64,000 bases of DNA from Octopus sinensis (GCF_006345805.1 NC_043016.1:23498001-23562000); one strand, 5' to 3'; counted from the stretch's first letter, positions 27,401 to 40,025 are shown. Notes: generated by a model not told the origin, from the sequence alone. A program made the numbers and translations.

Positions 27401-27880
27401 ATCCATCAAGCCATGTGAAATCATAGTCATGGCTGATACTGGTGTTATGCAACTGGCACCCGTGCCAGTAGCATGTAAAGAGCACCTTTCAAGTGTTGAG
27501 CCTAACGGAAGCAAAGTGGCCGAGTTCCTTTTGAGCATTGGTCCTCAGGGAGGCAAAGTGGCTAAGTTCCTTTTGAGTATTGGGCCTCGTGGAAGCAATG
27601 ACAGACCTTTGGCATTATGTCATGCTTGAGAAGAAGACCCATCAAGCCAAGCAAAATCGCAGTCATGGCAGATACTGGTGTCCCACAAATGGCACCTGTA
27701 CCAGTGGAATGTAAAAGCACCCATTTCACTCTCAGAGTATTTGGTGTTAGGAAGGGCATCTAGCCATAGAAAACCATGCCTAATTAGACTGGAGTCTGGT
27801 GCAGCCTTCTGGCTTACCAGCCCTGGTCAAACTGTCCAACCCATGCCAGTATGGACTACAGATGTTAAATGATAATGATA
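24416..27880 (+). mobile_element. Near-full-length, disrupted RTE-clade LINE (AP endonuclease + RT + Cys-rich insert + 3' UTR)
   Basis: APE: RVGTVKVGTL, SQLDYILTR, QHRLVISDF. RT: AFVDLEKAFDKVP, VGVH*GSILSPILF, and YADDL with a 1-nt insertion at ~26490. Cys-rich: CSICRKGIGRNSIRC. The 3' UTR has ~42-bp tandem repeats at ~27510-27598 and a (GAT)n-like tail. Many stops and frameshifts; the 5' boundary is approximate. Confidence 0.92.
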
Positions 27881-28089
27881 TATATATAATCTTGTGGCAC
27901 TTGACGCAAGTGTCTTCTATAGCTATGAGCTGACCAATGCAGAAACTGTATTGAAGCCTATTGTGTGAAAGGAGAGTGGAAAATGGAGGGGAGGGGAATG
28001 TAGTGAGTGGTGAACACTAATGGGGGAAGAGGAGTTGTGGGTGAGGGATTTGTCAGAGACAGATTGTGTGCGGTAACTTCAACTACTTA

Positions 28090-28385
28090 GATAGATTGGT
28101 CTTCTCAAGCACAGCCAATTGCCAGTCATCTCAGTCATTTGTCGTCTTCTCTGTTAGTCTCAACATCTTAGTCATTTTTCACCACTCCCTTCTATGTCTT
28201 CTTAGATTTTCCTCTTCTACAGGTTTCCTTCACAATTACAGATCAGCACTTCTTTACACAACTGTCCTCATCCATACACATCACATGACCATACCAGCTG
28301 TTTTCTCTCTTGCACTCTGCAATCTGATACCTCTTATGCCCAATTTCTCTCACAATGCATTTACGCTTTCTTGTACATGCTTACA
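28090..28385 (-). mobile_element. RTE C-terminal fragment
   Basis: Reverse complement of the segment homologous to 27100-27380. Confidence 0.75.
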
Positions 28386-28967
28386 TATATAGGTATGTTT
28401 TTTGTGTGTGTATGTGTGTGCATGGATGCAGGCATGTCTGTGTGGTCATTTTCCAACCATGTGGTCTCCTGGATAAGCGTCTTCTGATAACTTTTGGTTA
28501 ACCAGTCTCCCATGAGTGGAACTGATAATGGAAACTGTATATGAGCTCATTATCAGCATCATTCTATTTTTTTTTCAACTCCATCAAATCATTCCCATCC
28601 TCTCTTCTAAATATGAATAGTGATGTAGCCCCTCTATAGCACAAAACCTACTCTGCACCTCAGCCTCTCATATTTTAACCTCTCATCTCCTAGCATAAAA
28701 ATGATCATCTGTCATGGTTTGTAGTATGGCAAATTGCATGGTGTTCTCACTAGTGCTGGTGGCACAGAAGAAAAAAACAAAAAATACTCAGTCCCCACTG
28801 TAAAGTGTTTGCTGCTAGGAAAGGCATCCAGCCATAGAAACCATGCCAAAGCGGACACTGGAGCATGATGCAATCCTTGGACCCATGAGATCCTGTCAAA
28901 CCATTCAACCCTATTCAAAATGGAACATGGACACTAAATGATGATGATATAATATATGAGTATTTAA

Positions 28968-29193
28968 CTCTTCACCATTTAAACCAGCCATATCTGGCTA
29001 AAATATGCTACCTGTTGTATGTTCAAACGAACCAGATCCAGCCTCTCACACCTGCCCTACAATGTCATTCTAAAAATATGTGATCACATCATCAAAATTT
29101 TGAAGCTACAAGATAATACTTGATTAATTAAAAACAATATGAATGAAAAAATAAAAGCATTACATTTGATAGAATAATATGAATGCTAAAGGG
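28968..29193. mobile_element. piggyBac-type MITE flanked by TTAA
   Basis: ttaa|ctcttcacc...gaatgctaaaggg|ttaa; homologous to 59319-59538. Confidence 0.75.
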
Positions 29194-29499
29194 TTAAACT
29201 TAAGTTCATGTGTATGTATGTAATTTACATATACATATGTGTGTGTATGCATGTATGCACACATGCACATATATGTGAATATGTGTGTGTATCATGATCA
29301 TAATAATCGTTTAACATTCACTTTTCCATGCTTGCATGGGGTGGATGGAGTTTATTGAAGCAGATTTTCTGTTCCCAAGCAATGTAATATTTCCTTGTGG
29401 CCAGACACGGTTACATAGAATACTGGAAATGAATGACACTGCTTGTATGATAGTGACAATCATTTTGCGACTATCTCACGATGTCAAGACAAGGAGACA

Positions 29500-30497
29500 C
29501 ACACAAACACACACACACACACACCTGGCTTCTTTCAGTTTCCATTTCCCAGATCCACTCACAAGGCTTTGATTAGACGCTATACCAGCAGACATGCAGT
29601 GGAACTTGACCCAGAACCATGTGGTTGAGAAGAAATATTCCTGTCACACAGCCACACCATACATAAGCTAAATGATTGATTTATCTTTTTGCTTTTAATT
29701 GTTTCATTCTTGGACTTTGGCTATACTGAGACACTTGTCTTGAAGGGTTTTAGTTGAACAAGTCAACTCCAGTACTGATTTTTTTATTTACATTTTAAAG
29801 CCCATTTGTTTCTTATGCCAAACTGCTAAGCTACAGTTGTAAATAAACCATCTCCACTTATCAAGTGCTGGTGGAGGACAAATAAATACATACATACAAA
29901 CAAACACAGACACACACATATATGATGGGCTTCTTTGAGTTTCCATCTGCCAAATCCATTCACACGACTTCGGTTGACCTGAGGCTATTGTAGAAGATGT
30001 GCTCAAGGTGTCATGTACGGTAACTCAACCAGGAACTATGCAGTTGGGAAGCAAAGTTCTCATCACACACCCATGACTACACCTATATTCTTACCCCACA
30101 GCCACACCTGCACCCATCTGAAAAAAATTTACTCTTTTAGTTGTTTCAGTCATTTGACTGTGGCCATGCTGGAGCACCAGCTTTTAGTTGAGCACATCGA
30201 CCCCAGGACTTATTCTTTGTAAGCCTAGTACTTATTCTATCGGTCTCTTTTGCCGAACTGCTAAGTTACAGGACATAAACACACCAGCATCGGTTGTCAA
30301 GCAATGCTAGGGGAACAAACACAGACACACATATATACGATGAGCTTCTTTCAGTTTCTGTCTACCAAATTCATTTACAAGGCTTTGGTTGGCCCGAGGT
30401 TATAGTACAAGACACTTGCCTGAGGTGCCACGCAGTGGGACTGAACCCGGAACCATGTAGTTGTTAAGCAAGCTACTTACCACAGCCACTCCTGTGC
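29500..30497 (-). mobile_element. Cluster of three tandem family A SINE copies/pieces
   Basis: Repeated reverse-complement heads at ~29530-29660, ~29930-30080 and ~30340-30497; the last copy is nearly complete. Confidence 0.8.
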
Positions 30498-31375
30498 CTA
30501 AATATTTTTGAAGGTTTCTAATTATAAGAAACAACTATCAAAATGGAATTTTTATTTTCATATAGACATTTTTACAAAAGCCAGTTTCGGTAGTACCGAG
30601 GAGGCTAGCAGTTTACCAAGCAAGAATCAACGCTTATTTTGTTGACCAAGGTAGAGTTTGAGCTGAAAAAGAGTCTCTAAATATCCAAGTTTGGGTTCTG
30701 AATTCTTAGCCGCCTTCATTGTTCTGTTATAAGTTGGTATTCATTTGATGGTGAAGAAGTCTCAATTGTTCTCATACAGAATCAACACTGAGCAATATTG
30801 ATTCTGGTGAGATAAGCTATATTGAGTAGAAAAATGTCCTACATTTCCTTCAAATAATTAATTTGCATTGGCAGGTCTTTTCAGTGTTAAAATACTTGAT
30901 AGTTTAATCAATGGGATATATTTAATCATTGAATACTGCTCTAATGTTAACATATGTTATAGATGTGGAGTTGGCTGGGAAGGTGGAGTTTTGGATTGGT
31001 TGTTTTGAATAACCAGTTTAATATATATATATTTTTTTTTTTTGCTTGTTAGTTCAGATCTCACCCACGTGAATAAAATAGGTTACCAATTATATTTGGG
31101 TGTTGATTTCTATAAAAGAATTGATCTTCACCTATATTTCAAACTAAATATTACAGTATTATATATAGCATTGTAGTGTTTGGGGTTACTGTAGAACTTC
31201 AATAACTAAGTAAAGTGAATTTTATATAACTGAGAAATTGCATCACCTAAATTTTTTGGTGCTTGTCACTATTTCAAATTAAATATTAATCATAACTATT
31301 AAAGCCAGCTGTTTTTTTTTCTTTTGCAGGTGGGATTCATATGGCATTCTTAAATGTGTATATGAATAGATTATG

Positions 31376-31418
<43 letters not shown>

Positions 31419-31669
31419 TTCTATGTATATATTTTCATTGAATTAAAACATTTCTCAATAGAAAGAAAAATTATCAGCAGTAAATGGCAGTGTTGTTTCT
31501 CTATATATGTCACATATTATAGATATATAAAAAATTGAATTTCTCTAATGAAATAACGTGAAATACTGTTTAAGTCCTTTTAGCTTGTTATTCTAGTTGC
31601 TGACTAACAAGTTGTGTATGTATGTTTCTATTTATATATGCAAATATATATACATATATATAAGTTAGC

Positions 31670-32050
31670 AGCAGAAGTGGATGCTCTGAGAGTGTAGCTA
31701 CTAGTCTAAGAAGAGGCTAGGCAAAGTTCAGAGAGCTTTTACCTTTGTTGGTAACAAAGGGCCTCTCCCTCGGCAAAAGGCAAATTATATGATGCCTGTA
31801 CGTGAACAGCTATACCACACAGCAGGGGAACATGGGCTGTGACTGCAGAGGACATGCAAAGGCTTGAAAGAATTGAAGCCAGCATGCTTCACTGGATGGG
31901 TAATGTCAGTGTGCATGTACAACAGAGTGTAAGCATTTTGATAGAAAAACTGAGAATAAGAGGCATCAGATATGGTGTGCAGGAGAGATGACTGCACTGG
32001 TATGGTCATGGACAAGGACAACTGTGTAAAGAAGTGCTGTTTTCTAACCT
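31670..32050 (+). mobile_element. RTE C-terminal fragment
   Basis: gcaaagttcagagagcttttacc..gaggacatgcaaaggcttgaaaga.. is homologous to 26940-27270. Confidence 0.8.
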
Positions 32051-32059
32051 GTGGAAGAG

Positions 32060-32405
32060 TTTGACCACACATCTCAATTCTAATATCCTTCAGTCTCTCA
32101 GGCAGCAATTGGAGTGTTGTGCCAAATTCACAAATTACCACAGCAATAAATATCTTCCTGGAAATAGTTTTCCACAATCTTTTCATTTCTTTGGCTAGAT
32201 TCACTATTTCTTAATATTTTCAATTTCTTTGGTATCCATTCTGTTAGCATATGGTATTGCAAAGTTTAGGATCTTACATTTTGTCTTTTTAATGTCCTCA
32301 ACAATCATATCTGCACTCCTTGTTTCAATAGTATATTCAGTCTTTATGGAAAAATCCCATAAAATTTTATAATTATCATCCACCATTAGTATCCGGGTTA
32401 TATTC
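32060..32405 (-). mobile_element. Restriction-like-endonuclease (R4/Dong-like) LINE C-terminal remnant
   Basis: KILWDFSIKTEYTIETRSADMIVEDIKKTKCKILNFAIP..KEIENI / NLAKEMKRLWK..VVICEFGT follows the WDF..RPD..D..P..K..KY..L..E..RLW..V.GALG pattern. Confidence 0.75.
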
Positions 32406-33935
32406 ATATTATTATTATTATTATTATTATTATATTATTATTATTATTATTATTATTATTGTTATTATTATTGTCATTATTGTTATTATTATTATTATTA
32501 TTATGATGATGATGATGAGTTGGCAGAGTTATTAGCAAACTGGGGAAAATTTTTAGTAGCATTTCATCTGTCTTAATGTTCTGAGTTCAAATTCTGCCAA
32601 GGTTGACTTCACCTTTCATCCTTTTGGGGTTGATAAGCTAAGTACCATTTGAGTGCTGGGATTGATGCAATCAACTACCCCACTTCCCTAAAAACCTCAG
32701 GCTTTGTGCCTATAGCAGAAATGATCATTATTGTTATCATTATCATTATAGAGTGGCTAAAAGAATATTGTGTGAAACTGTATTCCTTGTGGCTTTCATT
32801 TACATTTGAGGTTCAAACCATATCAAAGTTGACCTTGCCATTTATCTTATTCTCTCTCTGCATCTTCAAAGGTTTCCTTGTGCCAGTGATAGAAATACTT
32901 AGCATATTTTAGACTCCATGTAACTCCAGATATTACAATTCCACCAATAACTTCAAGTGAGGTTTTGCAGTGTATAATTGTTTAATTAATCTTATTTTTT
33001 AACTAACCCTGCCAGGTTTTCCAGTCATGTTGGGAAGGAGGTAGATAGTTGGAAGCTGACCCTATAACTTAGCTCAGGCCAGATTTTCATTGCTACAGAT
33101 TTTCAGTGCTTTGTCATAAATAGAGATTATCATCACCATCATTATTGTCATCTTATCATTGTCATTGCCATTATCATCAGTGTTTGTATTTCTACTTTAT
33201 TATAAACAAAGTTTTGGATTTGCTTCTCTATATTTGCGACAATAACATTTCCCATAAGACTATAAAAAGAAGACTAACTCCGAAAGATACCAAACATTCA
33301 TTTCAAGTGAAAAGCATGATCTATTAATAGCACAACCGAAATGTAATTGTCTATCCACTTTTTATTGTGAATCTTCAAATTATTTTTATTTTTAATATTC
33401 TTTATGTCAAAATAAAAAAAAAAAAAAATTATTGATTTGCTAATTTGTTTGGTCATCTGACTAATTCTTGCCTGAACTGTCCTCTGCCCACAACTCTGGA
33501 TGACTTCAGATAACTTCAGATGACAAATCTTCCAAGAAATAAATCAAGAAACACATATATGCACACACACACACACACGCATGGTTAGATTGTTAGAAGT
33601 GGTGTACAGATTGTATATATATATATATATCAAGAAAAGGAAGACAGTCAGGATTTGGATGAAAAGTATTTATTTAGTAATTTTGTCCCATTCATCATGA
33701 TAAAAGTGCTAAATAAATAGCTTTTATCCAAATCCTACAAGGCTTTGTTTTCATCCAAAATGGAGACAAACACCATTCCATGGCAATGGCTTGAAAAATT
33801 CCTAAGATATAAGGATATTTTTCTTAACATGAAACTAATGGTTGCCTTAAAACATAAATAATGAAAATCTGTCCACCTATGTGATTTTGAGCACTTATTC
33901 ACATAAATGAACAACATTTACGTATATATATAATG

Positions 33936-34298
33936 AATAGAGATGGCCCAATTTTACTCCACAGCAATGCACATCCTCACACTCCTCAAGCTACGGTCCA
34001 AAAGTTGCGAAGCCAGAATTATGAGATGTTGCAACATCCTCCCTATTCCTCTGATATCTCTCCTACTGATCATCACTTACTTAAGCATTTTTAGCTTTTC
34101 ATAAGCAATAAAACTTTCTTAAATAGAGAAGAGGTAATTGAAGCATTCGGACAGTTTATCACTGAAAAAGATGAATTTTTTTGTTAAAGATGGAATATAT
34201 GACAGACAAAACGTTGGATAAATGTCATAAATGAACATGGATAATACTTTGATTAAATAATATCTTTCAAATACACTTCATGTGAAACAACCTAATAT
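33936..34298 (+). mobile_element. Mariner transposase 3' remnant with right TIR
   Basis: NRDGPILLHSNAHPH..QHPPYSSDISPTDHHL (HDNARPH / HPPYSPDLSP.D motifs); ends caacctaa|TA. Confidence 0.9.
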
Positions 34299-34300
34299 AT

Positions 34301-34690
34301 AGGTGTAGGAGTGGCTGTGTGGTAAGAAACTTGCTTCCCAACCACATGGTTTTAGGCTCCATCCCACTGCATGGCACCTTGGGCAAGTGTCTTCTACTAT
34401 AGCCTCAGGCCAACCAAAGCCTTGTGAATGGATTTGGTAGATGGAAACTGAAAGAAGCCCGTCATATATATGTATGTATATATTTATGTATGTCTCTTTG
34501 TATCTGTTTGTCCCCCACCCATCGCTGATGTTGGTGTGTTTACATCCCTGTAACTTAGCACTTCAGCAAAAGGGACTGATAGAATAAGTACCAGGCTTAC
34601 AAAGAATAAGTCCAGGGGTTGATTTCTTTGTCTAAAAGGATGTGCTCCAGCATGACCCCAGTCAAATGACTGAAACAAGTAAAAGAAAAG
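34301..34690 (+). mobile_element. SINE family A (well preserved)
   Basis: Complete head, body and tail. Confidence 0.9.
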
Positions 34691-34769
34691 AATATATATA
34701 TCTTATGTGTATGTATATATAGATGCCATATACATGTATGTGTGTGTAGAGAGAAAAGAGTCACTTAAA

Positions 34770-34892
34770 GAGTTTGACAGGGCAGCACATCTGTCAAATG
34801 GTAAAGCAGGTGTTCTAAAGCAAACTCAGTGTGGATAGAAACCACACACTAAGCCAATGGGCAACAGCTCACTCGATATTGATTTTCAGTAC
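34770..34892 (+). pseudogene. Decayed 28S/LSU rRNA fragment (domain V, P-loop/H80 and following helices)
   Basis: Colinear blocks GAGTTTGAC, CACATCTGTCAAA, GCAGGTGT, CTCAG.G.GGA.AGAAACC, GGGCAA.AGCTC and TTGATTTTCAGTAC match the conserved eukaryotic LSU sequence as I recall it. Confidence 0.85.
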
Positions 34893-34942
<50 letters not shown>

Positions 34943-35419
34943 ATTGAAAGTCTTTGAGGATTACTTAATACAGTTTTTGAAGTGTAAAGGTGAGTTTTTA
35001 AATAAATAAAAAAAATCTTATTTTTAAATGTTATGAATTTGTTATTAGGATGTTGCTAACCTTTTTTGAGGGAGGAAGTTTTTTTTCTAGTGTCTGAGTA
35101 CTTTCATTAAACCTTTTCAAATATAAATTAATGTAAGCAGCAGGCTGCTTACATTAGCGAAAAATTTAGTTGTCACTAATTCTGACTGGGTGTTAAAAGC
35201 ACAGTTATTGCTAGAAATAAAAGTTAATATTCTTTGACAACAGCAGGAGAACAGGACAGTGATTAGATGCAAGAGACTCACCTAAATACTATCGCAATGC
35301 ACTACTATGTAGATAACTGCCCCATCAACAAAGCTAGAACACTGGACCATGGTTTTGCCTTGTAATCGGGACTTGTCTGCAGTGTGACTTTTTTGCTTTG
35401 ATGGAAAGTTAAATTCCTT

Positions 35420-35628
35420 CATCAGTATCTTTTACCTGTTTCAGTCATTAGACTGCAGCCATGCTGGGCACCACCTTGAATTTTCAGTTGAATGAATCAG
35501 TGCCAGTAGTTATTTTTTTTTAAAGCCTGGTACCTATTCTATTGGTCTCTTTTGCTGAACCACTAAGTTACGGGGATGTAAACACACCAACACCAGTTCT
35601 CAAGTGGTGATGGGGGCACAATGCAGAT

Positions 35629-35682
<54 letters not shown>

Positions 35683-35842
35683 GATGGGCTTCTTTCAGTT
35701 TCTGTCTGCCAAATCTACCCACAAGGCTTTGTTCGGCCTGTGACTATAGTAGAAGACACTAGCCCAAGGTGCCACACAGTGGGACTGAACTTGGAACCAT
35801 GTGGTTGGTAAACAAGCTACTTACCACACAGCCACTCCTGTG
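35420..35842 (-). mobile_element. SINE family A, inverted relative to 34301-34690
   Basis: Complete reverse-complement copy. Confidence 0.9.
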
Positions 35843-36224
35843 CCAAAATAATACCTGCCATATAAATTTATGGCTGATTTGGCGATATGCCAATGTGTAT
35901 ACTAAAAATTAATGCAAACAGCCGCAATGCAAAGCCGTATACGAAAAATTTAGCCATCACTAATTGTTGCTAGAAATAAATGTTAAAACTCTTATAGCTG
36001 TGTGAAAAGCATCTCTCTCTCTTTCTCTTTCTCTCTCTCTCTGTATATATATATATTATATATATAATAATATATACAAAGAGAAAGAGAGGAGGAGGAG
36101 ATGAAACAAGCAGAAAAGTTTTGATTTCATAGAGTTCATAATTTAATTACTTTCAACAACTGTTTCATTAAGAATAAACATTAATTCCATAATTATGCCA
36201 TTAAGCTACATATAATTCATACAA

Positions 36225-37330
36225 ATTCATTTAAAGCAATGTCTATCATTAAAGTGAGAGTTAAACATGAGTACAGTGATGAATTTAGTGAACATCGTTT
36301 GGTTCTTAATCCCCGTCCTAACATCGTTTGGTTCTTAATCCCCGTCCTATTCATCATTGTCCTCCAGGCCATAACAGAAGGATTCAAGACCAGCTGACCC
36401 TGGGTATTATATGCTGATAATCTTGCTCTCATAGCAGACTCTGGAGCAGAACTACAGAAGAAATTCTAGGAATAGAAGCAAAACCTAGATAGAATTGAAT
36501 GGCCTTAAGGTTAATTTAGCAAAACCAAGGCTCTAATAAGCAAGAAAACAGATAGGACCCTACCCTCTTGAGTTAAATGGCCCTGCTCAATATGCAGGAA
36601 TTATATATGGTATACCCAGAGTAAGCTATGGACATACAAGAGGTGCAGTGGAATAATAGAAAGGTTAACAGAGAAAATAGTATTTGTATATGGAATATGT
36701 ACAGGATCCATAAAGTCTACAGATACGTGAGAAATTGATTTTCTCAAATGCCTCAGAGGCTCTTTAGAAATAGTGGATAATTTCTGCTGCCTAGGGGACC
36801 CAATTAGCAGTGGAGGAGGATGTATGAAAAGTGCAATTATTTACTAGAATAAGAATAGGATGGAGGAAATTCAGAGCTTTTATCTTTGTTGGCAACTGAG
36901 GGTCTCTCTCTGTCCGAGTTAAAGGAAGATTGTATGATGCATGTGTGCAAACAAGTGCTACATGGTAGTGAGAGGCGGGCCCTGAATGTAGAGGGGTGTG
37001 AAGGCTAGAGAGGAATGAAGCTAGTATGCTCCACTTGATGTGCAATACCAGTGTACATGTGTGACAGAGTGCTAGTGCATTGAGAGTGCATACGAGGAAT
37101 TAGATGCAGTGTGTAAGAGAGAAGACTGTGCTGGTTTGGTCTATGGATGTAGACAGCTGCATACATAAGTGCTGATCACTTTCAGAATATGGAACTTGTG
37201 GTAGAAGGAAACCAAGGAAGACAAGGGATGGAGTATTAAAGGCCGATCTCAAACCTCTGAGCCTTACAAAAGAGATGACAAAGGACCAAGATATCTGGTG
37301 CCTTGCTGTAGACAAGAAGACTTGTCCATC
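36225..37330 (+). mobile_element. RTE RT-to-C-terminus fragment containing a 29-bp tandem duplication
   Basis: PVLFIIVLQAITE..LYADNLALIA. aacatcgtttggttcttaatccccgtcct occurs twice (36291-36348). Confidence 0.85.
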
Positions 37331-37999
37331 ACAGCAGAATTGTGATCCTAAAACCACTTTGGTAATTCCTGTCTATGAGATGCTCTGCTCCACCCTCACA
37401 CCCATTGTCTTTGCCTGACTCTGCACCCATCCTCTCTGCCCCATCAACCTTTTCCCCTTCATTCCGTCCCCTAGCATGTATCTCTTCTCTGTCACAGAGA
37501 GCAGAATAGGTACATACTACATCCCCCTGCTTTCTGAGTTAACTTCCTTCCACTACCCTGATCCATTACCCCCCCCCCCTCACATACTCTTCCCACTAAT
37601 TAACCCTTTCTGTACCTTCTCCTTCTGTGTTGTTAACATCTCATTTATCTGTTATCATCCTCAATGCCCTCACATATCTACTGTAAACCCCGCCCCTGAG
37701 CTTCTATATTTCAACCCATTTTCCACAGTCCCCTCTATCCTACCCATTCACCTAGTCCAAACCTCAGTATCTCCTCACTTATTCTCACACCGCCCTATGT
37801 TCCTCAAGGGCATGTCCCAACACATCTGCAGCACAATTTCTCACTACTACTCCCTTCATGTTACTCTCTGACTCAACCACTCTCTTTATCTTATTCTCTA
37901 GCTCACCTTTCTTTTCCAACTGGGGTAACAATGCATCTACTCTACTGCAAGACATCAATCTTTGTCCTGTTATACATTTAATCTTTCTTCAACTGGCAC

Positions 38000-38470
38000 A
38001 AAGCCATGTACCTCTCCCAGCTGAGGGTGTTTTTGTCTTGCAAGTTACTTGGTGACCCTGTCAGTGCTTGTGCCATGTAAAAAGCACTGGTACTGCTGTT
38101 TCTCTTTCTCTCTCTCTCTCTCTCTCTCTGTCCGAGTGAAAGGAAGATTGTATGATACATGTGTGCAAACAACAGTGCTACATGGTAATGAGAGGCGGGC
38201 CCTGAATGTAAAGGGATGGGAAGGCTAGAGAGGAATGAAGCTAGTATGTGTGACAGAATGCTAGTGCATTGAGAGTGCATAAGAGGAATCAGATGCAGTG
38301 TGTAAAAAACGCCTAGTACACACTGTAAAGTGGTTGGCATAAGAAGGATATCTAACCACAGAAACCATGTTAAAACTGACAATGGAGCCTGAAGTAGCTC
38401 CTGGTCTTTCCAGCTCCTGTCAAACCTTCCAACCCATGCCAGTATAGAAAATGAATGTTAAATGATGATG
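38000..38470 (+). mobile_element. RTE-type 3' tail interrupted by a copy of 36904-37116
   Basis: ..aaaagcac | (CT)n + duplicated segment 38122-38305 | cctagtacacactgtaaagtggttggc.. Confidence 0.7.
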
Positions 38471-39572
38471 ATGTTTATTTTTAACATACATTGCTCTGAA
38501 GGATTTGTTTTTTTGCCAGTTATTTATATGCATGCAATTTTTTTCCATTTGGATTTACTGTTATATTATAACATGCTGACGTTTATCATTAATTACTTAA
38601 TTACCATGGATGTGCATGGCTCAGTGGTTAGAACATTGGGCTCGCAATCATATCTAAAAAGACACCAGGGAGATAACTCTATTAAGATCAGTTGATTGAA
38701 TTTGATTGCCTTTGTCATGGTAGTTGAGATGGTTGTGGTGGTCATAATTGCGGCATTTATACTCATATAGAAATAATAGTAGTGAATGTGGTCTTGGGAG
38801 TGAAAATAAAGTTGCATGTATCTTTTGGTTGATGTTCATAGGCAGGGCAAAGTTGTACAATTGGATACACACACAAGTATGTAATGCAATGCATTGTTTC
38901 TGTCTAATCTGCTAAAGATGGAAATCTTTATTAGATATAAGCTAATGACCCATTTGTTTAATCTTACACAACAGATACTGTTTATAGTGATAAATTACAC
39001 CAGCCTGTATTTCCCACTTACAGCTGGATGGACTGGGTCATTTAAGAGCTATGTCTCTTGCCTAGAGAGAGAGAGAGAGACAGAATGAATCACTCTCAGC
39101 TGCTTGTTTGATCACCTATACTGTCTGCATGACCATTCATTCAGATATGTTTGCTAGAAATATGGTTGTAAATCCAGCCATATGACAATGCTTGCTAGGC
39201 CACAAACCAAAAGACATTCCAGCAACAGCATCTTGTCTTTTATCTATTTTTTTATTTATACATCTTGGATCACATTGCCTGTGTGTCTCTGTTTTTTTCA
39301 AACAGTAAGGTTCATCTGGGTTCACAGTAAGGTGTAATTTGAGGGAGATTTAGTTGCTACTTATTCTTTTATTCTTTTACTTGTTTCAGTCACGAGACTG
39401 TGGCCTTACTGGGCACCACCTTGAGGAATTTTAGTTGAATGAAATGATCCTAGTGCTTATTCTACCAGTCTCTTTTGCCAAACTGCTAGTTACATGGACA
39501 TAAACACACCATCACCATTTGTCAATCAGTGGTGATGGACAAACACACACAGACACACATACATACATATAT

Positions 39573-39615
<43 letters not shown>

Positions 39616-39643
39616 AATCTCTAAACGATGTATAAACAGACAA

Positions 39644-40021
39644 TGTGAAGTATATTTGCCACTTAAATGTGGATAACCACTAGGAGTGGATGCTACTGTA
39701 GCTTGTAGCCCCAGGAGAACATCTTCTCCAGCTGGCTATTGAACACTTTCTGTGCCCTATCAGTATTTTGCAAAGGGAAGCCTTCCTTCCCATCGTCGAC
39801 TTGATGTGACCTGACGTGCCGTCAGGCTAACGACAGGAAAATACCCAGAAATCCGGTCCGTGCGTATCACATCAGGTCGACGATGGGAAGGAAGGCTTCC
39901 CTTTCCAAATACTGATAGGGCACAGAAAGTGTGTCAATAGCCAGCTGGAGACGTTCTCCTGGGCTACAAGCTACATACATCCACCCTTGGTTTTAGCCAC
40001 ATTTAAGTGGCAAATATACTT

Positions 40022-40025
<4 letters not shown>
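39644..40025. mobile_element. 382-bp foldback element (~160-bp inverted arms) with a degenerate hammerhead in the loop; probable inverted Penelope-type pLTR
   Basis: Arms 39644-39809 and 39867-40025 are reverse complements with a few mismatches. The loop contains CUAACGA-cagg-aaaaua-ccca-GAAA-uccg-GUC. Confidence 0.7.

Noticed and set aside
31330-33040. Strong + strand acceptors at 31329 and 33015 (and 55785)
   Set aside because: Weak or absent donors, branch-point spacing too short, or immediate stops; cannot be supported without transcripts.
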